A stretch of DNA of 20,000 nucleotides. Origin: an uncultured virus (IMG/VR IMGVR_UViG_3300006737_000001). Its lineage: Duplodnaviria > Heunggongvirae > Uroviricota > Caudoviricetes. Below are positions 1 to 8,969 of this stretch, in pieces (positions within the stretch are counted from its first letter, which is position 1; every line of letters begins with the position of its first letter). Below the pieces are notes generated by a model that was given only the letters and a program-made list of their open reading frames with translations, searched no databases and was not told the DNA's origin. The stretch spans positions 47,300-67,299 of the IMG/VR virus record IMGVR_UViG_3300006737_000001; one strand, given 5' to 3'. The position numbers were made by a program, and so were the translations under genes.

Positions 1-3000
1 GATAAGTAGTCGAACCCTTAGTGCTATAAGATTTACTTAGTATATAATTATATTGAGAACTTGCTCCTCCTAACAATGATGTGTCTGGTGTACAATGTAC
101 TACAACACTAAACTCTTCAGTCTCAGCGGTACTAGCCATAGGGAAGTCAAAATTACCACCACTTGGTAATGTTAAGTAGCTATACTCAGTTTGGTCAAAC
201 TCAGGTGCCCAGTTAGATATACCAATTAAATCAGAGGTTACAGAAGTAGTAACAGTGCCTATAGTAGAATCTGTACCACCCCCTCCTGTCCTACCTAAAG
301 TTAAATCAGCAGCACCACCATTGCCTAATTTAGAATCAGGTATAGTAATCTGAGGTGGGTTTGATAAATTAGTACTACCCACTTTTGCGAAGTATCCTTC
401 ACCACCATTATTAGTTATAGTTGCAGTAGCTGCACCTGCACCATTTACAACAACTTGTAAATTAGCTCCTGAAGTATATAAAGCAGGAAACTGTTCTACA
501 TCAGTATTATAATCCGCAGGTGTTAAATTATAAGTACCAGCAGCTCTTGCACCGACTGCGGCACCTGTAGTACCTAAAGTACTCAAAGAATAATATGAAC
601 CACCACCATTAGTCAATGTAGTAGATGTTCCACTAACAACATCATAAACATAATATTTATTTTCAAGAGGGTTCCATAAATTAGTATCAGCTGGTTGTTC
701 GTTTAATGGTATCCATAAACGAGCATGAGCATATTTGTTTTGTACAGCTCCAGAACTTACTATAAAATATCTATACCATATATCATCATCTTGTTCGTTC
801 CATGTAAATTTAACGGCGTTTAAATTTTCAGAAGTTAAGTCATATAAGTTCAAATCAGGTGAAAGTATATCTACGGTTGGTTCTATACCTAAATCCGGTA
901 TAAGAGGAAGCGAGTCTTTATATTCTAAATAAAATCGAGGTATGTAGTCTGTAGCTTGTTGCTGAGCTGAATTATATAATACTACTTCTTGTTCTTTAGT
1001 AGGACCTTCTAAAACCATATATAATAAGAAAGTTTGATTATTATCAAAAACTCTTTGTTCAATTGCGTTAGACATATCTAAATCCATATATTGGTAAGAG
1101 GTAGGAGTGCTTTGTGCGATGTTACCACCCTTTTTAAGTTCTTCATCCCAAGGACCATAACCAAAATCTTTGTCTAATATTAAATCACTAGAAACACTAC
1201 TTACTGCTAAATCCCATTTATTAGTATAAATTCCAGTGTTACCTCCGGTTTTGTTTGCTGAATTTTTATTATAACTATAAATATACTCATTGAAAGTAGT
1301 TCCTTGAGAACCAGTACCTTGAGAAGAAGGTGTGTTTTTTACTTCCATTACATTACCATAAGAACGGGGTATTAACGCTTCATCATTTGAATCACCAAAT
1401 TTAGCATCGCTGTTATATATCATGGATACCCAATATTTATAAGGAGATATATATAATTCTGGAAGTGTCTCAAAAGTACATAATAAACTACCTGAAGCTG
1501 AGGTATTAACATTTTCACTAAACGTTATAGTTTTTCCTACTATAGCACCCTTTTGTGCTAACTCTAAAATTCTATATTCATTCGTCTGGAACGTACCATA
1601 TGCACGATATAATATGTATTTGTCGTTTTGATACTCGTTAAAAATGTCAGGATTCTCTACTGCTAATTGATTTCCATTTAAACCACTGTAATATTGAGGG
1701 TAGCGGAGAACCTTAGTAGAAACAGCGGCGTGTTCTCGTTTACTCCACCCACCATAATCTATAGCAGCTCCACCTGCTGCACCACTTACACTTAAGTATG
1801 CATATCCTTTTTGTTGTAAAGCATCTACTGATAAAAAATCATTACTACCAGAGGCTATAGATAAAGCATTTTGTGTCTCTGTAGAATCTGTTACATTAAA
1901 AGATGCACCTGATAAAGCACTACCTGTAGGTAACCAATTGGCTTGAGAAGTACCACTAATAAAAACAGAACCCATAAATTGTGCGCCCATTTTGTTTAGT
2001 TCGTTTGTACTTTGTTCCATACTTAATAAACCATCAGGAATATATGTATACATAGGGTAGTTAAATTTATTTAAGTTGTTAAAGTTTAAAGTAGAAAATT
2101 GATTAAAAAGAATATAAGAACCTTTCATATTAGTATCACTCAAGGATAAATCTGTTTTATTGTTCCATCCGAATAGTATAGAATTTGAGGGTGTTCTTTC
2201 TATAAATCCTGCGGTGTTATTAGAAGCAGGGTCAGTTGCACTATCAAAACCAGTTATTGCTCTACTCAATGAAGAACCAGTAGGATAAAATACAGGAGAA
2301 TTAACTTTACCACTTGCTCTTAATGAAAGAGGAGGATTAACTGGTTGTGTTGAAGTTATATTTTTAACGTCAGGAGTAAAGTTTGTTAATGTAATGTTGT
2401 CTATCCACACTTCTGTTTCCGTAGTAGCACCTTCTCCATCAATATCACCATAATAAAAGTCAGTGTTACTTGGCATTAAATCTCTTCTAGTGTTATCAGA
2501 ACCTTGAACCCATCTATAACCGTTTACCCATATAGTCATATGTCTAGGATAATAAGTTTTAGCAGTAGAACCATTTTGGTCAGTACTGATTGCGGCACCG
2601 TTCTCTCCTTGACATCTATCAATAAATCTGTAATTATTCATACCATCCTGACTTGAAATAACTTTAGCAGGGAAAGGTATATCTATAAATCCTTGTAGTT
2701 TCTGTGAGGAAGAACCACCAATACTACCGGTGTTGCCTGTTGGAGTTGTTTCTAGTGAAGTAAAAATAGCTCTCATAGCTACACCTGAATTTCTCAATTG
2801 CCGGTCATCACTGGTAGATGCTACATCTAAATTTTTGTAAGGCGTTAGACTTGAAGAAGTAGTAGTATTAAAAGCAAGCGGGTCAATGAAAAACTCTACA
2901 TTGAAATCTTTACCCATAGGTAAAGTTTGGAAAAATGGACGTTGTGCCCAATCTGCTCGTGCATTATAAGCTGATACCCATGGGGCTGTAGCCAACCTCA

Positions 3001-5068
3001 GTAAGTATTTATCTTCATTATAATCATCAGCACTTATACCTGCTCTAAATTGATTAGTTGTATAAACGTAAGTGTCGTCCCCATCATGTAAACGCGCAAA
3101 ACCACTATCTTTCCATAATTTACCAGAACTAGCACCTACTTCAAATGTTAAAGTATTAGTTGCAGATGCATTGGCATTAACATAAGTTGTGCTACCTGTA
3201 GCGTAAGCATCAGCTCTACCTAATTTAAATTTAGTAACAGCTCCAACACTACCAGCAGTAATTTCTGCAACTACACATGCAGTGCCAGCAGGTACACCAG
3301 TACCAGTTACGTACTGCCCAACACGAATTAAACTACTACTAGCACAAGTTACTTCAGGGTCAGCAGAAACTGTAGTGCAACTTTTTGTATGTCTTCCTTG
3401 ACTATTTGTGCTCCCACTAAGGTCTGCTAATGGTTGTACAGGTAATGCTTGGACTACTACTGGGCTTGAACTAATGCTAGGCCATGTTTCTTGGTCCTCT
3501 TGATTTGAACCAGTGTCATTAAAAGCCATACCATATGTTTTAAACATCAACCCACCTACTATACCCTCTTGTGTATTAGAATGTCCATAAAAATTAGTTA
3601 GACCGAAATTTAAAAATTCATCCAACGTCTCACAATTATCAGGAGGTGCGTAATTGGAAAAAACAATAGCTACAGTTCTTAAAAGACTTTCAGCTTGTAA
3701 ATTAGTTTCACCAAACCAAGGCCCATCAGGAGCATTAATAGTGTTTACAATCTGACCATTCCTACCACTAGAAGCGCTATCAGTTACTAGACCATATACT
3801 CCAAGTTCACTATTAGTTCCACCATATCTAGTAGTCTGTGATACATTATAATAAGGATTAGGTAGAAGTTTATCTATTCTCATCCTCATGCCAATAGAAG
3901 GAAAATAACTTCGTTGGTCTCCTTGGCGGTCATGACCACAATCTGTAGTTAATGGCATTGGCATATTTAAAATACTAGCCATAGCTATTTGTCCTCCAAA
4001 ATTATTTTGTCTACCAAACTTCTCTTCTATCTGTCTATTACCTGATACAGCATCCCACGAGTGATAAAAATGTGCAGCTTTACCAGTACCACCATTAGGA
4101 CCGGGTTCTAAGTTAACACGTGAATAAATTAAAGGGTTGCTAGTATCAGCACTCCATGGGTTTTGTGACTGTTTGGTTGTTCTTACTGTTGAAAAAATGG
4201 TATTGTTACTAGAAATACGTTCTTCTTGTTCGATATCACCCATATCATCAAAGTTAGCATATTTAAAATTTGGAGATGACCCATAGCTATTCCCATCTGG
4301 ACCAACATATGGCATAGGAACCTTAAATTTTACTTCTAAGCCACTGGTTCCATTAGTTCTTCGCCATATTGGTGCCCAATATACACCGGGGTCTGTTCCA
4401 CCAAAATCTTCTGAAGTTACCTCTCTGAAAAAAATTCTACCACTGCGTGGATTGTCTGTAACACTGGTTGTTCTACCGTCTGTCCACTCCATTGTAATAC
4501 ATCCAACACTGACAAGACTTTGTAATATCTCATCTTCTGTCTTACTAGTATAATTTTGGTAATAATCTAAAAAATCCTGTACATCCAAATAAGGTTTAGA
4601 ATTAAAACCACCCATTACATATCTAGCTGATGTATCTAATTTAGTAACTGCTCCATCGAAATTTTCTTGTTGATATAACAGGCTATTCTCTCCAAATGTT
4701 TGATGGTATGCAGCTAGAGTTGGGCGTGTATTAGAATTGTCTGGGAGAGTTATATCACCCTCTCTAATAGGATAATCGTCTTGTAAACCATATAATTTTA
4801 TAGTGGGAGATACTCCTGTTTCTCCTACACTTGTGCCCGACACAAATGTACGCAAATAACCTCCAACCAAATCATATTGACCAGCTTTCACGTTTATATC
4901 AGTATTACCAGAGATAATTGAAAATACATTTCTATCTCCAGTAGATAATACTAAATTATTACCAGTAGCGGCTAAAGACAAATCAGGTAATTCTGCTACA
5001 ACTGGAAGTGCTGCACCTGATGCAACGAGCTTTCTTTTATAGAAATGTTCTGGTTGAGTTCTTATCAT
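1..5068 (-). CDS. Giant mosaic tail-tip/baseplate protein, partial (>=1689 aa, runs off the left edge)
   Basis: Translated by hand. The ATG at 5068 overlaps the tape measure stop (ATGA) and reads MIRTQPEHFYKRKLVASGAALPVVAELPDL... with no in-frame stop down to position 2 (...YNYILSKSYSTKGSTTY). It is absent from the ORF track because it has no stop in the window. It is beta-rich and S/T/G/N-rich with jelly-roll, FN3-like and LamG-like motifs. Its position after the tape measure gene implies a tail-tip role. Confidence 0.88.
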   Translation of the reverse strand, partial: MIRTQPEHFYKRKLVASGAALPVVAELPDLSLAATGNNLVLSTGDRNVFSIISGNTDINVKAGQYDLVGGYLRTFVSGTSVGETGVSPTIKLYGLQDDYPIREGDITLPDNSNTRPTLAAYHQTFGENSLLYQQENFDGAVTKLDTSARYVMGGFNSKPYLDVQDFLDYYQNYTSKTEDEILQSLVSVGCITMEWTDGRTTSVTDNPRSGRIFFREVTSEDFGGTDPGVYWAPIWRRTNGTSGLEVKFKVPMPYVGPDGNSYGSSPNFKYANFDDMGDIEQEERISSNNTIFSTVRTTKQSQNPWSADTSNPLIYSRVNLEPGPNGGTGKAAHFYHSWDAVSGNRQIEEKFGRQNNFGGQIAMASILNMPMPLTTDCGHDRQGDQRSYFPSIGMRMRIDKLLPNPYYNVSQTTRYGGTNSELGVYGLVTDSASSGRNGQIVNTINAPDGPWFGETNLQAESLLRTVAIVFSNYAPPDNCETLDEFLNFGLTNFYGHSNTQEGIVGGLMFKTYGMAFNDTGSNQEDQETWPSISSSPVVVQALPVQPLADLSGSTNSQGRHTKSCTTVSADPEVTCASSSLIRVGQYVTGTGVPAGTACVVAEITAGSVGAVTKFKLGRADAYATGSTTYVNANASATNTLTFEVGASSGKLWKDSGFARLHDGDDTYVYTTNQFRAGISADDYNEDKYLLRLATAPWVSAYNARADWAQRPFFQTLPMGKDFNVEFFIDPLAFNTTTSSSLTPYKNLDVASTSDDRQLRNSGVAMRAIFTSLETTPTGNTGSIGGSSSQKLQGFIDIPFPAKVISSQDGMNNYRFIDRCQGENGAAISTDQNGSTAKTYYPRHMTIWVNGYRWVQGSDNTRRDLMPSNTDFYYGDIDGEGATTETEVWIDNITLTNFTPDVKNITSTQPVNPPLSLRASGKVNSPVFYPTGSSLSRAITGFDSATDPASNNTAGFIERTPSNSILFGWNNKTDLSLSDTNMKGSYILFNQFSTLNFNNLNKFNYPMYTYIPDGLLSMEQSTNELNKMGAQFMGSVFISGTSQANWLPTGSALSGASFNVTDSTETQNALSIASGSNDFLSVDALQQKGYAYLSVSGAAGGAAIDYGGWSKREHAAVSTKVLRYPQYYSGLNGNQLAVENPDIFNEYQNDKYILYRAYGTFQTNEYRILELAQKGAIVGKTITFSENVNTSASGSLLCTFETLPELYISPYKYWVSMIYNSDAKFGDSNDEALIPRSYGNVMEVKNTPSSQGTGSQGTTFNEYIYSYNKNSANKTGGNTGIYTNKWDLAVSSVSSDLILDKDFGYGPWDEELKKGGNIAQSTPTSYQYMDLDMSNAIEQRVFDNNQTFLLYMVLEGPTKEQEVVLYNSAQQQATDYIPRFYLEYKDSLPLIPDLGIEPTVDILSPDLNLYDLTSENLNAVKFTWNEQDDDIWYRYFIVSSGAVQNKYAHARLWIPLNEQPADTNLWNPLENKYYVYDVVSGTSTTLTNGGGSYYSLSTLGTTGAAVGARAAGTYNLTPADYNTDVEQFPALYTSGANLQVVVNGAGAATATITNNGGEGYFAKVGSTNLSNPPQITIPDSKLGNGGAADLTLGRTGGGGTDSTIGTVTTSVTSDLIGISNWAPEFDQTEYSYLTLPSGGNFDFPMASTAETEEFSVVVHCTPDTSLLGGASSQYNYILSKSYSTKGSTTY

Positions 5069-7665
5069 GCCAATCCTCCAAAGGAATCCACTCCAATAGT
5101 AACATCTTTAAATACCACTTTACCACTTAACATATTTTCGGTTTGTGAATTATTTAAAACTTTGCCCGACTGAGTAGGCATAAAGAGTTCTGGTCCCATT
5201 TCTCCTACGAGATGAGGGCGTCCACCACCCATACCACCACCAGCAGCCATACCGGGTATATATCCACCTGATTGTAAAACACCAGTGGTTTTAGCTATAT
5301 CATAAGCTAACAAACCTCCCATAGCAACAGCACCTAAACCAGTTCCACCAAGTATTGCACCGGCTAATAATCTTTTACCAGTCATTTTCCCAGTTAATTT
5401 CATTAATTGCTTACCACCCGTTGCTGTACCACCACGTTTTACAGCTTCTCTACCTGCTTTATTAAGTCCTCCACCAGCTAAAGTTACATTTTTAAGAGCT
5501 TTACCTCTAACACCTATAACACCCGTAGCTGTAGAAAGTTGCATACTTTGTGCTACCGATGCTGTTGTAGCTGCTGCGGCTAATCCCGCATAAGCACGAG
5601 ATAATCCCATAACGGCGAGTGTTTGTACAGGTAAAATAACGTTTAAAGCTTTGAATATTAAAACCCATTTCATCAAATTAGGCCATTCACTAAATAACAT
5701 CGCTACTACTTTGAGAGGTGCTGCTATAATCTCTAGAAGGTTTGCGAAATCAATACCTGTTTTTTGTAATTCTACTAATCCTTCTATAAAATCTTGAATT
5801 AAATCTATAATTAATACTACTGAATCAGTAGCAAATGCTTGTAACGATGCTCCAAACTCTGTTAATTGTTGTACTCCGTTCTTTTCCTCTACAATTAAGT
5901 CCTTAAAACCTTGAATCTGAGTAACAATTGCTTCGTGGAAAGCGTTCATAAATTCAGTTCCTTCATATGAAGCATCTCTAAGTGCAAAAATAGAAAATAT
6001 ATTAGTTTTTAATATTTGTATTTGAGCTTGTAACGACTGATTCTGTATACGAACCATCTCATCTAACTGACCACCTGCGTTCGTGGTATCTTCAACAGCT
6101 TGAGTAAACTCATCCGAAGCTTGAACTAAGTGGATAAACGCAGTAGCACCACGCACATTCAAGTCTTCAATTAAAGTTGTTAAAAGTTCAGTATTAGATA
6201 TAGTTTCTGGCCCAACTGCGGCAGCGAACTGAGCAGCTATCTCAGTTAATTGCATCATTTCACCCTCAGCGTTTAATATCTCAACACCCATTTTGCGGAA
6301 TCCAGCTTCAGCATCCATAGCGCCTTCAGCAAATTCTGCTAATGCTTGTCTAAGACCCCTACCAGCTATACCAGCCTCTAAAGCTCTATTAGTCAAGACC
6401 TGTAAAGCCCCTAACAATTGGTCAATAGATTGCCCTGTAGAGGTAAAGAAAGGTAGAGCAAACTTAACAGCGCTTGATAAATCTTGATATTCAATAAGAG
6501 ATTTCTGTATAGCAAAGGCAAATTTATCGGTTAATAGAGCTGCTTGGTCCATTTCCATACCAAAACCAAACAATGTCTGAGCAGTCAGTTTAGAAATAGT
6601 ATTATGGTCTCCCTGAACAGCCATAGATAACTTTAATGTCTCAGGTAAAATAGACATTGCTTCATTGGCTTCAAGACCTGCCGATGCAAGTTGGTATAAA
6701 CCTTCTGCACCATTGTGAACCGCTATACCAAATTTGTTACCAAACTCTGTAACAGTGTTTCCTACCCTAAATAACTCGTCATTAGTCAGATTAAACACAG
6801 AATTGGCGTTTAATAGCTCTCTTTCGAATTCTATGAGCTCCTGTGTGTTTTGGTTAAGCTTGTACCCTACAACCGTTAAAAGCGACACAGACGTCCTTAA
6901 AGCCTCATTGAACTTATTTCGCATTGCATCTGCTGTTCCTAGTACTTTATCTCTAAAATCAGCAGCTTTAGTGTTCAAATCTCCATAGTCGCTTGTTATA
7001 CCTGTTATTTCATTGTCAATATCTTCAAAATTTTGTTTGATATCTTTTTGTATCTGTAATTCTTCTTGTAATCTACCAAGTTTTTCTCGTTGTTTTTTAG
7101 CTTCGCTGGCTTTCTTTTCGCCTTGTTTTTCTAATTCGATAAATTTTTCTTTTTCTATTGTTAATTCTCTTTCACTTTGTGCTATAACTTTTCCTTGATT
7201 TCTGATAACTTCGGCTCTACCAGCTGCGTCCATTCTTTGCATATTTGCTGCAATTTGGAGCTGACCTTCCATACCACCCTTACCACCTACTCCACCAAAA
7301 AGAGAATCTCTCATTGGTTTAGACAATACGTCTTTTAATTTACCGTAGTGTCCTTTTATTTTATTAAAATTTGTAGCTACACTGTTTGAAGTAGTTTTAT
7401 TTAATGCTTCTAGATTCCTTTCTAAACGAATACGAACTTCGTTATTCATTTTATCCATAGCAGTAGTAGATTTATTGTTTAACGCTTGTAGACGGGCTGC
7501 GTAATCTGTGCTAAGACCACCTCTGTTTTTAGCTAATTGTGCTTGTTTATAAATATCTTCTATACCTTTAGCTAATGCACCACCAGCTTTAGACATAGCC
7601 TGTGGACTCGGAACGGCTAAACCTATAGCGACACGCGCTGCAAACAGTTGTCCTGCAAAACCCAT
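5065..7665 (-). CDS. Tail tape measure protein (TP901-family core, 866 aa)
   Basis: Helical, Ala/Gly-rich and Cys-free. Central core AEGLYQLASAGL...LLGALQVLTNRALEAGIAGRGLRQAL...GVEILNAEGEM is typical of TP901-type TMPs. There are hydrophobic segments in the C-terminal third and a C-terminal AAGG..GRPHLVGEMGPELFMP..SGKV motif. It follows the chaperone pair. Confidence 0.95.
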   Translation of the reverse strand: MGFAGQLFAARVAIGLAVPSPQAMSKAGGALAKGIEDIYKQAQLAKNRGGLSTDYAARLQALNNKSTTAMDKMNNEVRIRLERNLEALNKTTSNSVATNFNKIKGHYGKLKDVLSKPMRDSLFGGVGGKGGMEGQLQIAANMQRMDAAGRAEVIRNQGKVIAQSERELTIEKEKFIELEKQGEKKASEAKKQREKLGRLQEELQIQKDIKQNFEDIDNEITGITSDYGDLNTKAADFRDKVLGTADAMRNKFNEALRTSVSLLTVVGYKLNQNTQELIEFERELLNANSVFNLTNDELFRVGNTVTEFGNKFGIAVHNGAEGLYQLASAGLEANEAMSILPETLKLSMAVQGDHNTISKLTAQTLFGFGMEMDQAALLTDKFAFAIQKSLIEYQDLSSAVKFALPFFTSTGQSIDQLLGALQVLTNRALEAGIAGRGLRQALAEFAEGAMDAEAGFRKMGVEILNAEGEMMQLTEIAAQFAAAVGPETISNTELLTTLIEDLNVRGATAFIHLVQASDEFTQAVEDTTNAGGQLDEMVRIQNQSLQAQIQILKTNIFSIFALRDASYEGTEFMNAFHEAIVTQIQGFKDLIVEEKNGVQQLTEFGASLQAFATDSVVLIIDLIQDFIEGLVELQKTGIDFANLLEIIAAPLKVVAMLFSEWPNLMKWVLIFKALNVILPVQTLAVMGLSRAYAGLAAAATTASVAQSMQLSTATGVIGVRGKALKNVTLAGGGLNKAGREAVKRGGTATGGKQLMKLTGKMTGKRLLAGAILGGTGLGAVAMGGLLAYDIAKTTGVLQSGGYIPGMAAGGGMGGGRPHLVGEMGPELFMPTQSGKVLNNSQTENMLSGKVVFKDVTIGVDSFGGLA

Positions 7666-7666
7666 T

Positions 7667-7957
7667 TTATATATCCTTAAACGTTAGTTTTTTACTCTTT
7701 CCAATCATATCATGATATCTTCTTTGCGTTTCTAAATACCTCGTGTAATTAGTTCTTACTTGAGGGTTCTCCTTTGCCATTTCACTGACTTGTTTGTCCG
7801 TATAACCATCCATTGAATGGTATACTCTGTATTCATTGTACGCACTAAGTAAACCTCTCAGTTCGTGTTTGGGCGTATTCTTGATTTCACTCCAACTCAT
7901 CCCTAAATGTTCCATTAGGGGCATATATATCAATACCGCATCAGGCGTGTCCAGCAT
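7667..7957 (-). CDS. Tail assembly chaperone, second ORF (lambda gpT-like, probably expressed as a frameshift fusion)
   Basis: Lies directly before the TMP, in the -1 frame relative to the upstream ORF. LMEHLGMSWSEIKNTPKHELRGLL resembles the LGWT..E...M...E motif of gpT-like segments. The frame is open back through the slippery site. Confidence 0.8.
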   Translation of the reverse strand: MLDTPDAVLIYMPLMEHLGMSWSEIKNTPKHELRGLLSAYNEYRVYHSMDGYTDKQVSEMAKENPQVRTNYTRYLETQRRYHDMIGKSKKLTFKDI

Positions 7958-8319
7958 CAGTCGCGAAAATTTTCTGCGGCTTCTTCCTCGACACCTAATA
8001 TTTTATTAGATATTGCATACCGAAGTGTTGTTGGGAGTAGTCCCCACTGTTCTTCAGTTATTATTGGACCTTCTGGGTCTTTTTCATTTGCTTTTAATAT
8101 CATTTTTAAAACTCGCTGATTACCAAGTTCTTGATACTTTAACATTTTCTCTTCTTCTGGTAAACTATCTGATATACCAGTGAACTTAGGTTCTTCTTTT
8201 TCTGCCAATTCACAAAAATGAAAGTGAACCATTCCATCTCTATACTCTACTTCTTCGTTTTGCACTTCATCAGTGAGTGCTACTAATTCATCCATCGACC
8301 AAATTTTCTTTTCTGTCAT
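7957..8319 (-). CDS. Tail assembly chaperone (lambda gpG-like, 120 aa)
   Basis: Small acidic protein between the tube genes and the TMP, ending ...EEEAAENFRD. It has a GGAGA RBS upstream and a slippery heptamer just before its stop. Confidence 0.82.
   Translation of the reverse strand: MTEKKIWSMDELVALTDEVQNEEVEYRDGMVHFHFCELAEKEEPKFTGISDSLPEEEKMLKYQELGNQRVLKMILKANEKDPEGPIITEEQWGLLPTTLRYAISNKILGVEEEAAENFRD
7966..7972 (-). promoter_or_regulatory. Programmed -1 ribosomal frameshift slippery site A AAT TTT
   Basis: Minus strand reads GAA AAT TTT CGC GAC TGA, an X XXY YYZ heptamer in the correct phase. The -1 frame (AAA TTT TCG CGA CTG ATG CTG...) is open into 7667..7957. Confidence 0.8.
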
Positions 8320-8331
8320 TTTTTTATCTCC

Positions 8332-8355
8332 TGAAGGGGGCTCATGCCCCCCTCA
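8332..8355 (-). terminator. GC-rich stem-loop between tube gene 2 and the chaperone (attenuator, partial terminator or mRNA stabiliser)
   Basis: Minus strand TGAGGGGGGC-ATGA-GCCCCCTTCA forms a 10-bp stem with one G-U pair and a 4-nt loop. It is followed directly by the GGAGA RBS. There is no U-tract on the sense strand, so its function is uncertain. Confidence 0.55.
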
Positions 8356-8370
8356 AATTAATTATTATAT

Positions 8371-8967
8371 CTATAAGTCGCCAATATCTGTTTCGGTGGT
8401 ATATCTAGCACCGCTAATAACAGGTGTGACCATAGACATTAGTTCTAAAGTTTCTTCGGAAGTGCCATCTGCGCTCATAGTAACGGTATGACCAGCTACT
8501 ACACAATTAGGAATAGTCATTACTTCACTAGTTCCTGACAATTGCACAAAGACCCTATAACCATACTCTACAGTAGGCTCTGCGAGACCACTATTTATAG
8601 AAGTATCGTTTACACTTGTACCGGTTAAACCATATCTTAGCTTATCAAAGACTAAATCATACAAGTCATCGCTCTTTTTTCTAGTTAGAGTGATGCTAGT
8701 TTCTTTTTTGATTTCGGCTTTTAAAGCTGTCCTCATACCAAAGTAGGTTATGTCTTCATCCATAGCTCCTATACTTAAGTCTACAGCTGTTAAATCAGTC
8801 TGTTCGGTTTGGCAAGAGGCAGTTGCATTCAGTTTACCAGCAAAAGTTCCCGAGGCAGCATTAGTTACACTTCCAGCACCAGCCGTGGTTGTGACAGGGG
8901 AAACACCGAGAGTTGTATTTTCTGTTGAAAAATAAACAGATACATCTTTTCCTAAGTAAAATGCCAT
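8371..8967 (-). CDS. Tail tube protein paralogue 2 (198 aa; possibly a minor/baseplate tube protein)
   Basis: Colinear similarity with 8970..9659 (MAFYLGKDV, MDED, EIKKE, LTRKK, YGYRV, EVM, ADG..EETLE). Beta-rich and in the tube gene position upstream of the chaperones. Confidence 0.8.
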   Translation of the reverse strand: MAFYLGKDVSVYFSTENTTLGVSPVTTTAGAGSVTNAASGTFAGKLNATASCQTEQTDLTAVDLSIGAMDEDITYFGMRTALKAEIKKETSITLTRKKSDDLYDLVFDKLRYGLTGTSVNDTSINSGLAEPTVEYGYRVFVQLSGTSEVMTIPNCVVAGHTVTMSADGTSEETLELMSMVTPVISGARYTTETDIGDL

Positions 8968-8969
8968 AT

